Assembly (NCBI GenBank): GCA_002269645.1
Contig: NIVC01001433.1
Location: 201,438-265,437 of the forward strand
DNA: 64,000 nucleotides
Direction: 5' to 3'
Source of the DNA: Macrostomum lignano
Lineage: Eukaryota
How positions within the stretch are numbered: the first letter of the stretch is position 1; every line of letters starts with the position of its first letter. Under the pieces are notes generated by a model that was given only the letters and a program-made list of their open reading frames with translations, was not told the DNA's origin and did no database searches. Shown here in pieces: positions 12,649-24,669 of this stretch. Both the position numbers and the translations under genes were made by a program.

Positions 12649-15562
12649 TCAGATAAGATCGGCAACGTTCATTGGCATCTCGTCAATCTGGGTTGAGTAG
12701 TACTGCTCAATATCTCGCAGAATTTTGATGTCGTCAGTTTTCACAAAGCTAATAGCGACTCCACGGCGGCCGAATCGACCAGATCGACCAATTCGATGAA
12801 TGTAGAGCTCGCGATTATTAGGCAGATCGTAATTAATGACCAGAGACACCTGCTTGACATCGATGCCGCGAGCCCACACGTCGGTGGTAATTAACAGGCG
12901 GGTAACTGTGGCGCGAAAGTCTTTCATAATTGCTTCGCGCTCCTTCTGCGGCATGTCGCCGTGCATCATGGAGACTGTGAAGTTCGCCTCCTGCGGGTTG
13001 GTGCGTTGCGGTTCGGATTGAGAGGAATTAGCACGCCGATGGGCTAGAGATGGAGTGACAGACGACTGATGGACAAAGAGAGACGAAAGTGACAGGCAAC
13101 TGATGGACAAAAAGATACGGAAGTGACAGGCAACTGATGGACAAAAAGAAACGGAAGTGACAGACAACTGATGGACAAAAAGAAACGGAAGTGACAGGCA
13201 ACTGATGGACAAAAAGAAACGGAAGTGACAGGCAACTGATGGACAAAAAGAAACGGAAGTGACAGGCAACTGATGGACAAAAAGAAACGGAAGTGACAGG
13301 CAACTGATGGACAAAAAGAAACGGAAGTGACAGGCAATTGATGGACAAAAAGAAACGGAAGTGACAGGCAACTGATGGACAAAAAGAAACGGAAGTGACA
13401 GGCAACTGATGGACAAAAAGAAACGGAAGTGACAGGCAACTGATGGACAAAAAGAAACGGAAGTGACAGGCAACTGATGGACAAGAAGAAACGGAAGTGA
13501 CAGGCAACTGATGGAGGAACATGTGGAAGACAGACAATTGAAGGACAAAGCGTACGAAGTTTCGGCAGGGCCCAAAGCCCTTTGCAAACTAACTGAGCAA
13601 AGCAAAATTAGCAGCCATTCACTTTAACAGCTTACCAACATCTTCTCGGCAAGCCATTCAACCTTGCGCTTCGTATTGCAAAAGATCACGGCCTGCGAGA
13701 TAGTCATGGTGCCGTACAGGTCAATAAGCGTGTCGTATTTCCACTCTTCGCGTTCGACGGCAACAAAGAATTGTCGAATACCCTCCAGGGTAAGCTCGTC
13801 GCGTTTCACCAGGATGCGAACTGGATTGCTCATGAATTTTGATGTCATCTCAAGGATCTCGTGCGGCAGAGTGGCACTTACGAGGACAACCTAAGCATTG
13901 GGGTTAGAGTAAAGTTAAGAATAACAATAAGAATGTACTATTATCTGATTAAAATGGAATTTTGAGGTGCGAGTGTACATTGACGCTAGACGGAATATGG
14001 GGGTTGGGAGGTGTGCATACATTGGGGCTAGACGGAATGGGGTTGGGAGGCGTGTGTACACTGGGGGTAGACGGAATGGGGTTGGGAGGCGTGTGTACAC
14101 TGGGGGTAGACGGAATGGGGTTGGGAGGCGTGTGTACATTGGGGCTAGACGGAATGGGGTTGGGAGGCGTGTGTACACTGGGGGTAGACGGAATGGGGTT
14201 GGGAGGCGTGTGTACACTGGGGGTAGACGGAATGGGGTTGGGAGGCGTGTGTACTCGTATGTGTACATCGGGACTAGGCAAAAGTGTACATATTTTAGCC
14301 ATATTTCTGTGCACATTTAACCAAAAATTTTCACCTGAGTCCCAGGTGGCAAATAGCGATAGACATCGTAAATTTGCTCCTTAAATCCTTTATCAAGCAT
14401 TTCGTCGGCCTCGTCCAAGATTAGCATTCGAATAGCCCGTGTTCGGAGGTTCCGCCGGCGAATCATGTCCAACACGCGACCGGGAGTGCCGGCAACAATG
14501 TGCTGGCCGTAGTCCAACTTGCGCATATCCTCGCCAACGTTTGTACCGCCGTAGGAGGCGTGGCATTGAACGTTCATGTAGTCGCCGATGGCTAGCACCA
14601 CCTTAACAGGGTTTGAATTTGTTTTGAAAGGCAGTTTTGTGAGCCGCAGAAACTACTTATAGTCTCTATAAATATCCGCTCCGATACGCATCTTCTAAAA
14701 CCATAATACGGCTTTATAACCCCACAGATCTCGATTAGTAATCCCACTAAGCATCATTCTCCTAATCTACAATCCACTCTAAGCCTCATGCTCCTAATCT
14801 ACAATCCACTCTAAGCCTCGAGCTCCTAATCTACAATCCACTCTAAGCCTCATGCTCCTAATCTACAATCCACTCTAAGCCTCATGCTCCTAATCTACAA
14901 TCCACTCTAAGCCTCATGCTCCTAATCTACAATCCACTCTAAGCCTCATGCTCCTAATCTACAATCCACTTTAAGCCTCGAGCTCCTAATCTACAATCCA
15001 CTCCTAATCTACAAGCCTCATTCTGGTAATATATAATCCACTCTAATCCCCCATTCTCTTAATCTATAATCCGCTCTAAGACCTATTCCCTTAATCTATA
15101 GTACCTATCTCTATTCTCATCTTGTAGATTCACTGACTAATCGTATATATTTTAATAACAGACTTGCATATTCAGTACTATGAGCAGCAACCAACAGCAT
15201 TTGCAATTTACCTTCTGAATCTGCGAGGCCAGCTCTCTAGTAGGCGCCATTATGAGCACCTGAGTCTCCCTAGTCTGCGTATCGATCACCTGCAGAGCCG
15301 AAATGGAGAAAGTAGCCGTTTTACCGGTGCCACTCTGAGCCTGAGCGATAACATCACGGCCGCTAACAATCTGTTTAATAGCTCTCTGCTGTATAGCCGA
15401 TGGCCGTTCGAAGCCGTACGCGTAGATACCGCGCAACAGTTCCGGTTTCAGCTTCATATCCTCGAAGCTAACAGCAATGGTGACATCTTCGGACGTTTCA
15501 AATTCGATGTTTTTCATGTCCTCGTCTAAGCCTCCTTCGTCGCTTCGGTGAGCTCGCGCCAT
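12649..15562 (-). CDS. EIF4A3: Eukaryotic initiation factor 4A-III (DEAD-box helicase, exon junction complex core), 404 aa
   Basis: Exons 15212-15562, 14335-14601, 13636-13890, 12649-12990, all GT-AG and phase 0. Motifs: [52 protein letters not shown]. eIF4AIII-diagnostic stretches: [45 protein letters not shown]. Confidence 0.97.
13055..13515. repeat. 34-bp minisatellite, eIF4A3 intron 3
   Basis: Unit GATGGACAAAAAGAAACGGAAGTGACAGGCAACT. Confidence 0.95.
13975..14255. repeat. 39-bp G-rich minisatellite, eIF4A3 intron 2
   Basis: Unit GGGGGTAGACGGAATGGGGTTGGGAGGCGTGTGTACACT. Confidence 0.95.
14745..15020. repeat. 32-bp minisatellite, eIF4A3 intron 1
   Basis: Unit CTCTAAGCCTCATGCTCCTAATCTACAATCCA. 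Confidence 0.95.
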
Positions 15563-15639
15563 TTTTTCTCTTGCAATAAACACATGCAACAAATAGATAG
15601 ATACATGTTGATAACATGTCAATAAATGGATTTACTATC

Positions 15640-16152
15640 CAAGGAGGGCAGGGAAAACCAAGACGACAACCACCGTCTGGTGAGGCTATTCATGCCTAGG
15701 TCGCAAATCACAACCCATTTTAACAGGTGGCTCCACCAGCAACACCAGCTCCACTGGAGCAGTTGCACTGACTATAGGCAAACCTGAACCGGGAAGTCTC
15801 CGAATATCTGATCTCATTTAACAGAACCAATCTCAGGGAGATGCGCATGGTCCTAACCGGCCATGGATTCTTTCAGAGACATATCTCGTCGCAAACTGGT
15901 TGCCCTCCCACCGATCCTTTCTGTGGTATAGAAGAGAGGAGACTGCAGAGCATGACGTCACCTTCAGTACTTTAGAGGATGGACGACCTGACTACCCCAC
16001 CCCGGACAACATCCGTGACCTTCGTCCGAAATAACGGCCAGATGAGGGTCACCGATGCCTCCTCTGCAAAGCTCCCGACTACAATCCCGCAATGGGGACT
16101 TCGCGGCTTAATCGCGACGCCTGCGCCCCCCCCATTAGTAAGTAAGTAATAA
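15640..16152 (+). mobile_element. 5'-truncated non-LTR retrotransposon (LINE; I/R1/LOA-like) 3' fragment
   Basis: Decayed reading [18 protein letters not shown]...C..E.ETAEH (C-terminal cysteine-knuckle region after RT/RNase H), ending in a TAGTAAGTAAGTAA tail at ~16137-16150. Confidence 0.6.
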
Positions 16153-16517
16153 AATGTCGCATCTATAATCATACTACTAAGCTGGGTAACCTCAAGTATA
16201 CTACGAAAACTACATGTAACTAAAATGTGGCAAAACAAACACAAACAATGATTTGAAATTAACTCAAGGTGGTGAAATTTTTCCAACATTTATTTACTGT
16301 TTTAAGCAGGCAATACAAGCAATATAGTAAACAGAATATGTAGTTGTAATAGTAATTCTACCATTGATAGGACGCCGGAAAAAGAACACCCGGAAAAGCT
16401 ACAAAAACTCTACAATTTCTAGTTGCTAAATTTTTTAAAAGGATTCCTATCCTAAAACAAAGGTGTCCACAGTTTAAAGTGTAATTCTATCTAATCGATT
16501 ACGAAGTTGTCAATAAA

Positions 16518-16733
16518 TCAATAGTGCCAGGGATCTTCTCCTTCTGGCACCTTTCGATTCCTGTACAGTGCCGTTTGACCTTTAATGTAAGCGAAATGCT
16601 GCCTATAGGGCTTGTGCACTACATAATAGTAAAACACTGAGACTCCCACAGATAGCAGCAAAGGCTTATAAATGCCAGGAATCCGACGCAGAATCATCCT
16701 AGGCAGACTGTACTTGCCACCATACTGCACCAT
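16518..16733 (-). CDS. 71-aa single-pass membrane protein, possibly NDUFB1-like (complex I accessory subunit)
   Basis: ATG-initiated ORF with one hydrophobic segment (PLLLSVGVSVFYYYVV) followed by FAYIKGQTALYRNRKVPEGEDPW, which resembles the NDUFB1 C-terminal pattern (F+.KSAL+...E.P.W). AATAAA lies downstream on the minus strand at ~16290. Family call is by eye. Confidence 0.55.
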   Translation of the reverse strand: MVQYGGKYSLPRMILRRIPGIYKPLLLSVGVSVFYYYVVHKPYRQHFAYIKGQTALYRNRKVPEGEDPWHY

Positions 16734-16914
16734 GCTTGCTTGATGTTGGACTTCAGTCTTCTTATTGCTTGCAAGATTGTTTCACTCACTGACTGATGTC
16801 AGCATGCAATTAAATGATTTCTTAATTACTTTCAATGCACTTTTATTGGTTCATTTTTCAAGTTTTTCATTTTTCATTTGTGACCTTAAAAAGAAAACAA
16901 TAAACCAAAATAAA

Positions 16915-17065
16915 CTGCTAGGAGTTTTAGATTAGTAGTTAGAGTATCTGACTCATGACTGGAAAGTCAGGGGTTCAATTCTCAACCCACTTAGAATGAT
17001 TTGTGTTCTTAAGCAAGACACTTAACTCTGCATTGCTTTAGTGTAATAAGTTGTAAAATATGTAT
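16915..17065 (+). mobile_element. Degenerate tRNA-head CORE-type SINE
   Basis: B-box-like GGTTCAATTC (~16971-16980), then TGTGTTCTTAAGCAAGACACTTAACTC, similar to the CORE-SINE central domain. Confidence 0.55.
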
Positions 17066-20000
17066 CAAAATTTGTTTTTTTTGGTAGGTCACAAAACTTG
17101 GCCAGTGTAATTTTAGAGACTGCACATGTATATCAATGTAACTTGGGTTTTAAGAAAATATATTCCAATGTGTGCAGAACAATCTTTCTAACTAATGACT
17201 GGCACCAAATTATAGATTGTCACACAATAGGAAATTCTAGCAAAGCCAGGTTGGATTTGGGATTGGAATTATCATTAAGTGCTAATATAAATTTATTGCA
17301 AAATAGCCAAGGGCCTTTAAAACTTAAATATTTAAATAGATATTCTATATAGCACCTTAGCCAACAAGATCAATACTTGAATCAAATCTTATTTAACAAA
17401 AATTTATTCCATTTTTAAACTTTAATTCTAACAATTTCTGTTTCAGTATAAGGATGACTTTAAATTTATTTTTTTGCAAAAATAGGTCCAGAGATTAGAA
17501 TTAATTGGGTTCATAATCTATGGATTTCAATAGCTTGTTTGATATTAAATACTAATAATAAACTAGATATTATTGTTACTATGGAGACAAATAGTTACTT
17601 ATTTATTTATATAGTATATTCATATGCTAGAAGCCTATACAAGTATTGCCAATGTAATATAACATAGGGCCTATTTAATAATATAGTAGCCTATTACGGC
17701 TATTATTTCACAATTAGTAATACTTGTATTATATATACCTAATCTACAGTCTAAAAAGTGGCCTTTATATTAGAAAATTATATAATTTTTTTTAATAATA
17801 TTCTTGGCATATACTTGGCAAAAATTTAAAATCATGCATTTGTTTATATATAGACAAAGTTGATATATAAAAAATAGCACAAGTTTAGGTTTGGCATTTA
17901 TAAAATAAAGTTACATTTTGATAAAAAATGAAAGAAAACTTTTTTTAAATAAATGGAGAATTAAATGATAATAATATGCAACTTACTAAAGAAAAAAAAA
18001 GTAGGACATAAAATAGAAAATTAAAACTTATAGAAAGAGTAGACTTTATAGTTTAACAAAATATATATCATAAAATTGGAAACAAATACAATGTTTTTAA
18101 ATAAATATCTCTCCAAAAAATATAAGCTATAGTCTAGACTATAATATTTAATATTTTACTATGTTATTATCTATTCTAATCCATAGTTAGAAAGATAGCT
18201 GGCTTTTAAATAGAAAATGTAAGAAAAAATTAGCCTTGGTTTTTGGAATTAGATAGAAAAAAATAGGGCAGAATTCAAAGGCTAGGCAAGGTAGGCCCTA
18301 AAGCAAGGCAAAGGCAGGTTAGAGCAAGGTAAGGTGTGGATAAGGAGCAAGGTGAGACAAGGCAAGTAGCTATATAGTCTGGGTTCTTGGGCCATGTAGG
18401 ATTTTTTAGATTTTTGGCATTAGAGGCTTAAGGCTTAAGTAGGGCCTAGGCCCTATTAAATAGCAAAAATTGACAATGTTAGGTCCTAATAATAAGTCCT
18501 AGACAGTCTTATTCCCACAATAATATAGGGGCTTAGTTTATTGCATACATGTTTAATGTCAATGAGCCTTGGAAATATCTATCCTTGAGAATTTGGCTAG
18601 TTGCCAATAGGCCTAGCCTACAACCAAAAATAGGCCTAGCCATTGGCAACTGGATTTCTAACTTTAAAAAACACAGATTTTATTTATAACAAATTAATAT
18701 TGTACTAGATTAAAATTGCATTAGGCCATACTTGGATTTGGAATGCTATATGCCTAACTCCAATACTGTAGACATTGTCATTAGCTTAGCATGAATTGAA
18801 AATCTGAAAATTTTTATGGCAGACAAAGTGACCAAATTGCCTAGCAGATAAAATGATTAATACTAACGAATATTAGTAGACAATAATATGGCAAACAAAA
18901 TGTAGTAGGCAAAAATCACTATCAACCCTAGCATAGCACAAGTACTAGGTAGGCCCCCTAAGCCTAAGGCAACACTGCAAGCTGCAACAGCAAGAGGGTA
19001 CCAATGTATCATACAATACAACTAAGGGGCAGGACAGAATAAGCAAGGAAGTTTAGATAGGTTGACATTTCCATATAGGCCAATCTAAAAAAATCTCTAA
19101 ATAATTTTAATTTATAACTAAAAAATATTTATTTTACCTATGCCAGTAGGTAGGGCCTACACAATCAATTTCAGAAAATTTAGGCTGATAGATAATTTAC
19201 ATATATGAATACCAATGTGTGATGTGAGAATTTCTGTCAACAAATTGCTCACTAAGATTTGTTTACAAGAAATTTTCCTGTCAATATTTGCCTGACAAGC
19301 TTTTCCCTGTAATTTTTCATAAAGACAAAATGACACATGTTAGATTAAATTGTTACGGTAGACGAAATCGCCACCGGAGATGGCTCTGCTCCCCATAATA
19401 TTAGCAGACGAAAGTGCGGTGCGGCAGGCAGTGGCACATAAAAAACGTGTAGGCCTAAACAGTAACAGTAATAAGTATTCGGCGCCTCAGCCATTGATTA
19501 GGCTCTTACGTAGGCCTAAACGTCGCCTGCCTGTTGTATAAAAATTGGCCTATTTCTTTTTCTAAGATTCTTTAAAATTTTAAATGTATAGTTTAACAAA
19601 CTTAATTTGTAATAACTTTACTAAAAGGTAAATTTATAAAAAAAACTAATAAAAAATTCCTAAGTGTACATATTTAGCTTAGAAACACATAGATATCCTG
19701 ATATTCATATTACAAGGAACTTGAAGCGTACATTTAAATTTTTCGATTTAAGAAAAGTTCAGAAAAAGGTAGAAACAAAATGACGTCCTTTAGTTAGATG
19801 TTGCTCAGACCGTTTTTTTATGATGTAAAGCTAACTATTAAATACAAAGCTAACTGTTCGTCATATAACTGCACAATAACCTAGACAGTCTTGTTTCCTT
19901 AAATTAACGTGTTTTTTGGGACATAATAAATGTAGGACTAAGGCCTAGCGCGCCTAAGGGCTAAGGTGTAGTGTAGTGTATGCCTAGCCTATCCAGGCTA

Positions 20001-20170
20001 GCCCTAGCCTTTCAGTTTAAGCCTTATTAAAAACACAGCCGGGCCAGCCTTACTTTGTAGGCCCTAACCTTATAGTTTAGTTGACTTACATAAAGAAGTA
20101 ATTTGACGATGCAGCTTTACATTTCAATTAGGCCTAGGGATTAGAAGCTATCTTGTCTTGTTGATCTAAA

Positions 20171-20895
20171 TAGGCAGTGACTATTCGTCTGGTATTGGAT
20201 GAATAATGTAACTATTATTCGTCTGGTACTGGATAAATAAAACTGAAGTTATTTGTCTGCTACTGGCTGAGCAGCCTGAGCTGCGTGAATTTATATGCCA
20301 CTCTGCGTATCTTTTCTAGCAAGGTATACTAGTTTGATTTTAGAATGTCTTCCTGAAATTCAGTCAGTACTGAGTTCGAATGTATAGTTATGACTCCACT
20401 TTTTTATTGTAACAACTCCAAGTGTTATTGTAATAACTCTTAAGTCCTTACTTTGGCATTTGTTTATATAGCAGCAAATGTTCCTATTATTTTTTTTGAC
20501 TATACCATGTATCATGACTAGGTCTACTGTTTACTGTGAAACCAAAACAAACTGATATGTATAGAAAGAAATATAATAAAGGTAAAAATTATTTAAAACT
20601 TTTGGTATTTTGCCTTTGCCTTTGGCCTTAGAAGGGTTTCACCAACTATGATCTGATCTGAGAAACAGCACTATCTAATCATAATAAATATTTTCTGCTT
20701 CTAGCCTAAAAGTGGACTATATAGGCCCCTAGTACTTTTTAGTATTCCCTATATTTTACAAGTTTTTATTATATAGGCCTATCTACTTCTATACTATGCC
20801 AGACAAATAACTTCATTTTTATTTATCTGGTACTAGACAAATAACTTCACTTTTATTTATCTGGTAGGCCTACTAGGCCTAGATAAATAGTCATT
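20171..20895. mobile_element. Decayed foldback/MITE-like element with ~90-bp inverted arms built of ~34-bp subrepeats
   Basis: The reverse complement of 20171-20260 aligns to 20798-20895 (CAGACAAATAACTTCA...TTTATTTATC..GTAC.AGAC.AATAA...AGA..AATAGTCA.TG). Confidence 0.55.
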
Positions 20896-23471
20896 GTCAT
20901 CTAAATAAGTAAAAAGATATTGCTTCATTTTCTCAAATTTAAATGTAAGCCCATCTAGATTGTCTTATCTATTTTTCTACTGCCTACTGTCTCTACTGAC
21001 TATTTATTTAATTCTAGATCTAGAATTAGAATAGATAACCATTTAATAAAGCTTAGGCTAGGGTTAGCCAAGCCAAGGTTAAGTTAAGTTGTTAAAATAA
21101 GATCAGATTGGATGATCTGATCAAAAGTTTGGATACATCATTAATAATTTATTATATTTCAAATTTATATATAATTATTGCCTAGGTCAAATGGGTATAG
21201 GCCCCCTATCCTTGAACCTAGGCCTAACAATTTTTAATTTGAGATAAATATCTAACAATATTGGCCTAGTTGTATAGGGGGCCTGGATAGGGATTAATAT
21301 AGTTTTTATTTTAATTATATTATATTAGGAAATTAGAGTCTATTTGGGTCAATTATTTTGACTTTAGCAAGTTAGACTATAAGCTATTTCAAGTAAAAAA
21401 TGACTAAAGCCTAAAGGCTGTAGGCTAAAGGTTTCAACCTACTTTGACAAAAGAATTTTTGGCAAAGTTAATAATGGCAAAAAATACTTTCTTAATTACC
21501 ATTTTGTCTAAACGTAGCCATTTTTGCATAAAAATTTATTGATTGATCTAAGCTTTAGCAAAGAGTTTTGAATTTTTTTATTTTAGAAAAAGTCAAAGTC
21601 AAAACAGATAAGCTTTATGAAAACTATTTTATTGTCATATATATTTTTATTTTGTAGCAATTTTATTAGGGGGCCTATTTTATTTTCACAAACTACAAAA
21701 TATGCTTAGGTAGTCAATGAATAATTTATTAAAAGCTACAATGCCCAAAGCATTATGTTTGCAATTATAAGTTGCCTATATCCTGCCAAACTAGTCACTG
21801 TTTTCATTGAAATTTATATCTATTTAAACTACATATTCACTTTTATTAAAGCATTCTTTTGTTAAAAATTCCTTTGCTATAATGGGCTATACCCAGGCTG
21901 AATGAATAAACATTAGTAGTAAAACTAGAAATTAGTTAAAAAGGCAGATTCTAGAAGTTAAATATCCAAGAAGGATAAAAAGGGTAGTTCTATATTTTAG
22001 CATATATATTTTTTTTGGTCCTCTGAAGCCTTATTGTAGCCAATGGCCATTATTATAGATAGTGTCTAATATAGATTAATTTGGTGGTATAGGTGGGGTT
22101 TAGCACATTGGTGTGATCTAATATTAGTCTATGATCTAGTCTGGAGGATATCTAATATAGTTTAGACCTTGGCTATAATAGGTTGTCTACTAAGAGGATA
22201 AGGCAATTACCCCTTACATCCCCTTTGGTTATGTCATCAGTAAGTACTATTTATATATTTTAAACATGTTATAATAATGTATTCTAATGCTAAAAAGCTA
22301 CTAATAGTCTAAGATATGGCTAGAATATTTCATTTATTATTTGAATCAGTATAGTGTTACAATGTGCTTATATTGTAATAAGTATATATTTTGACTTGTT
22401 ATTCTATATAATGTATATAGATAATAAATATACTTATTTAGGCAAATGGGTTTAATTATTACAAATAATATTCTAACTTAATAATATGACTTTTTAATAG
22501 TGAAATATCAACAATTGTTTATTAATATATCACTTTTTTTCTAAAAATTCATAATGTTCATTTGACAAAAAAGAATTGCTTTTTTAAAATTGTTTTTTAT
22601 ATTAAAATATTTTTAATCCAAGACTTTAATCACTTAAACAATGAACTAGCAGATATTTAGTGCTAGTCTTTAGATAGCTTAAACATATTATTATATTTCT
22701 ATTTTAATATGGTTATATTTCATATTGAGAACTGATCAAACTGCTTTTCTAGCTAGCCTTAACTGAGAATCTTGCCTTAAAAAATTTTAGCTAGTTTGGA
22801 TTCTTATATTTATGAATTTTAGGATGTAAAAATATTTTTGTAGCTCATAGCTGCTTATTTACTTGATATTGTTTTTTTAATATACTTTTTATACCACTAT
22901 TATTTAGTAATTGTATAACAAAGACAATAATTAGCATTTATAAGATAGAGATGATTGAAATTAGAAAAAAACATGCTAGACAACAAACTTTGTTAAGCAA
23001 TGGTTAACCTATGATACAAAAAGCCTGTGCTTCTTCATTGTGCTGTTTCTTTGCTGTTGAGTAGGTGTAATAAATGCTGGTGTAAATACTAGACTCATTT
23101 TATGGTTGCACAATTTATGGTTGTTCAATTAAAAATAGCAATTTGCTTATGCTTCTGGTCAGGCAATATGATTATTAGTGCCCATGCACCCACCCTGACA
23201 ACTTTTCAGCATTCGAGTTGAAAAAAAGACTACTAAAATCTGGTGTTTGCTCAAAACACCCAAACACCCTTTCCTTTGTCTGTGTAGTCTTGTGCATTGA
23301 TTCCCTGACACTTTCAGCTCATTGTTGCTTTCTATATTTGTCTTGGTTACTGACGTTCTGTCAATTTTTTATAGTATTTTATTTACCAGTCTGAGTTGCT
23401 TACTGTAATCTGTATCAAAATTTCATAGCTGTGATATCGCCCTATACACACTACTCAGTTGTCAGTAAGCC

Positions 23472-24482
23472 ATGTCGGATGATTACTACGCAGTATTGGA
23501 ATTGACTCGCTCAGCCACCGAGGGCGATATTCGCAAGGCTTACAGGCGCATGGCCTTGCGCTGGCATCCAGATAAGAATCAGGACAACAAAGAGGAGGCC
23601 CATCTCAAGTTTAAAGAGATTAGCGAAGCCTACGAAGTCCTGTCCGATCCGAATAAGCGCCAAATCTACGATGTCTATGGCAAAGCCGGTCTGGAGACTG
23701 ACAATGGTAGCGGCGGCGGCGGCCGGAGTCACAGTCGGCATCACGCGGGCTTTCATCACGATTTTCATAGCTTTGTATTCCGCGATCCTCAGGAAGTGTT
23801 TCGCGAATTCTTTGGCAACAGGGATCCGTTCTCCGACTTCATGTTTATCGATCCGTTTGCCGCTTTTGGTAGGCAGCAACATTACCAACAACAGCATCAG
23901 CAGCAGCAACAGCAACAAGTTGGCAATCTATTTCAAAGCAATTTTATCGGATTCCCAACAATGCAGATGCACGATCCGTTTTTTTCGTTTGGCCAATTCG
24001 GCGGCTTGGGCAGCCACGCGGCTGTCGGCGGCGGCGGCGCCGCTCAGTTCATGAGTTTCAGCTCGTCAGGCCTGGGGCCCAGCACTCAGTTTCGGTCATC
24101 GTCCACATCTACTAGGGTAGTTAATGGCCGGCAGATTGTCACTAAGAAAGTTGTAGAGAATGGCGTGGAAACTGTCACAGTGACTGAGAATGGTCGAGTA
24201 GTGTCGAAGACTGTCAACGGTCAGGCTCAGTCTATTGAAGGCCCGTCTGGCGCCAACGCCGCTGCATCGTCTTCGTCGTCTTACGGCGCCGGTCACCATG
24301 GCTACGGTTCTCGAGCTGGCGGCGCGGCCCCGGCGCCAAGGATTTCGTCGGCTCATTCGCTGAGCGGCGGCGGCGGCCGTCCTGGCAGCAGCGGCAGCGG
24401 TGGCGGCGTCAACAAGCGCTACAGCCACCAGCCGACTGCGGATCAACAGAAACGCCAGAAGAGACGCGAAGATCGTAAATGA
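23472..24482 (+). CDS. DNAJB6: DnaJ homolog subfamily B member 6-like (MRJ; DNAJB6/2/8 class) co-chaperone, 336 aa, intronless CDS
   Basis: J-domain (DYYAVL...KAYRRMALRWHPDKN...FKEISEAYEVLSD), G/F region with FRDPQEVFREFFG, S/T-rich stretch SSSTSTRVVNGRQIVTKKVVENGVETVTVTENG typical of DNAJB6/8, and a basic C-terminal tail. Confidence 0.92.
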   Translation: MSDDYYAVLELTRSATEGDIRKAYRRMALRWHPDKNQDNKEEAHLKFKEISEAYEVLSDPNKRQIYDVYGKAGLETDNGSGGGGRSHSRHHAGFHHDFHSFVFRDPQEVFREFFGNRDPFSDFMFIDPFAAFGRQQHYQQQHQQQQQQQVGNLFQSNFIGFPTMQMHDPFFSFGQFGGLGSHAAVGGGGAAQFMSFSSSGLGPSTQFRSSSTSTRVVNGRQIVTKKVVENGVETVTVTENGRVVSKTVNGQAQSIEGPSGANAAASSSSSYGAGHHGYGSRAGGAAPAPRISSAHSLSGGGGRPGSSGSGGGVNKRYSHQPTADQQKRQKRREDRK

Positions 24483-24669
24483 AAAATAAATAAATAAAAA
24501 CCTCGTGTATTAATAGATATTCGACTTAAATGACTTGTAGCTTGAATTTTACTGATGTAAATGCGCTAATTTTGTTTGTTTTGCTTTCTAAAATTTTAAT
24601 AATAAACAAAAATTTAGTAACAAAGTGTAACCGCTTTAGTACCTAGCCGGGTCATTGTGAAGCTATCCG

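Noticed and set aside
12991-14384. N-terminal 'extension' of ORF 12649-13605 and the ORFs at 13028-14384
   Set aside because: They read through intronic minisatellites; the true eIF4A3 exon 4 starts at the acceptor at 12990.
20500-22000. Possible fossil transposase in the AT-rich block
   Set aside because: No recognisable motifs can be read through the heavy C>T decay; would need a profile search.
23511-24446. Overlapping and antisense ORFs within DNAJB6 (and similar ones over CYLD and NBAS exons)
   Set aside because: Shadow frames of GC-rich coding exons; no independent motifs.
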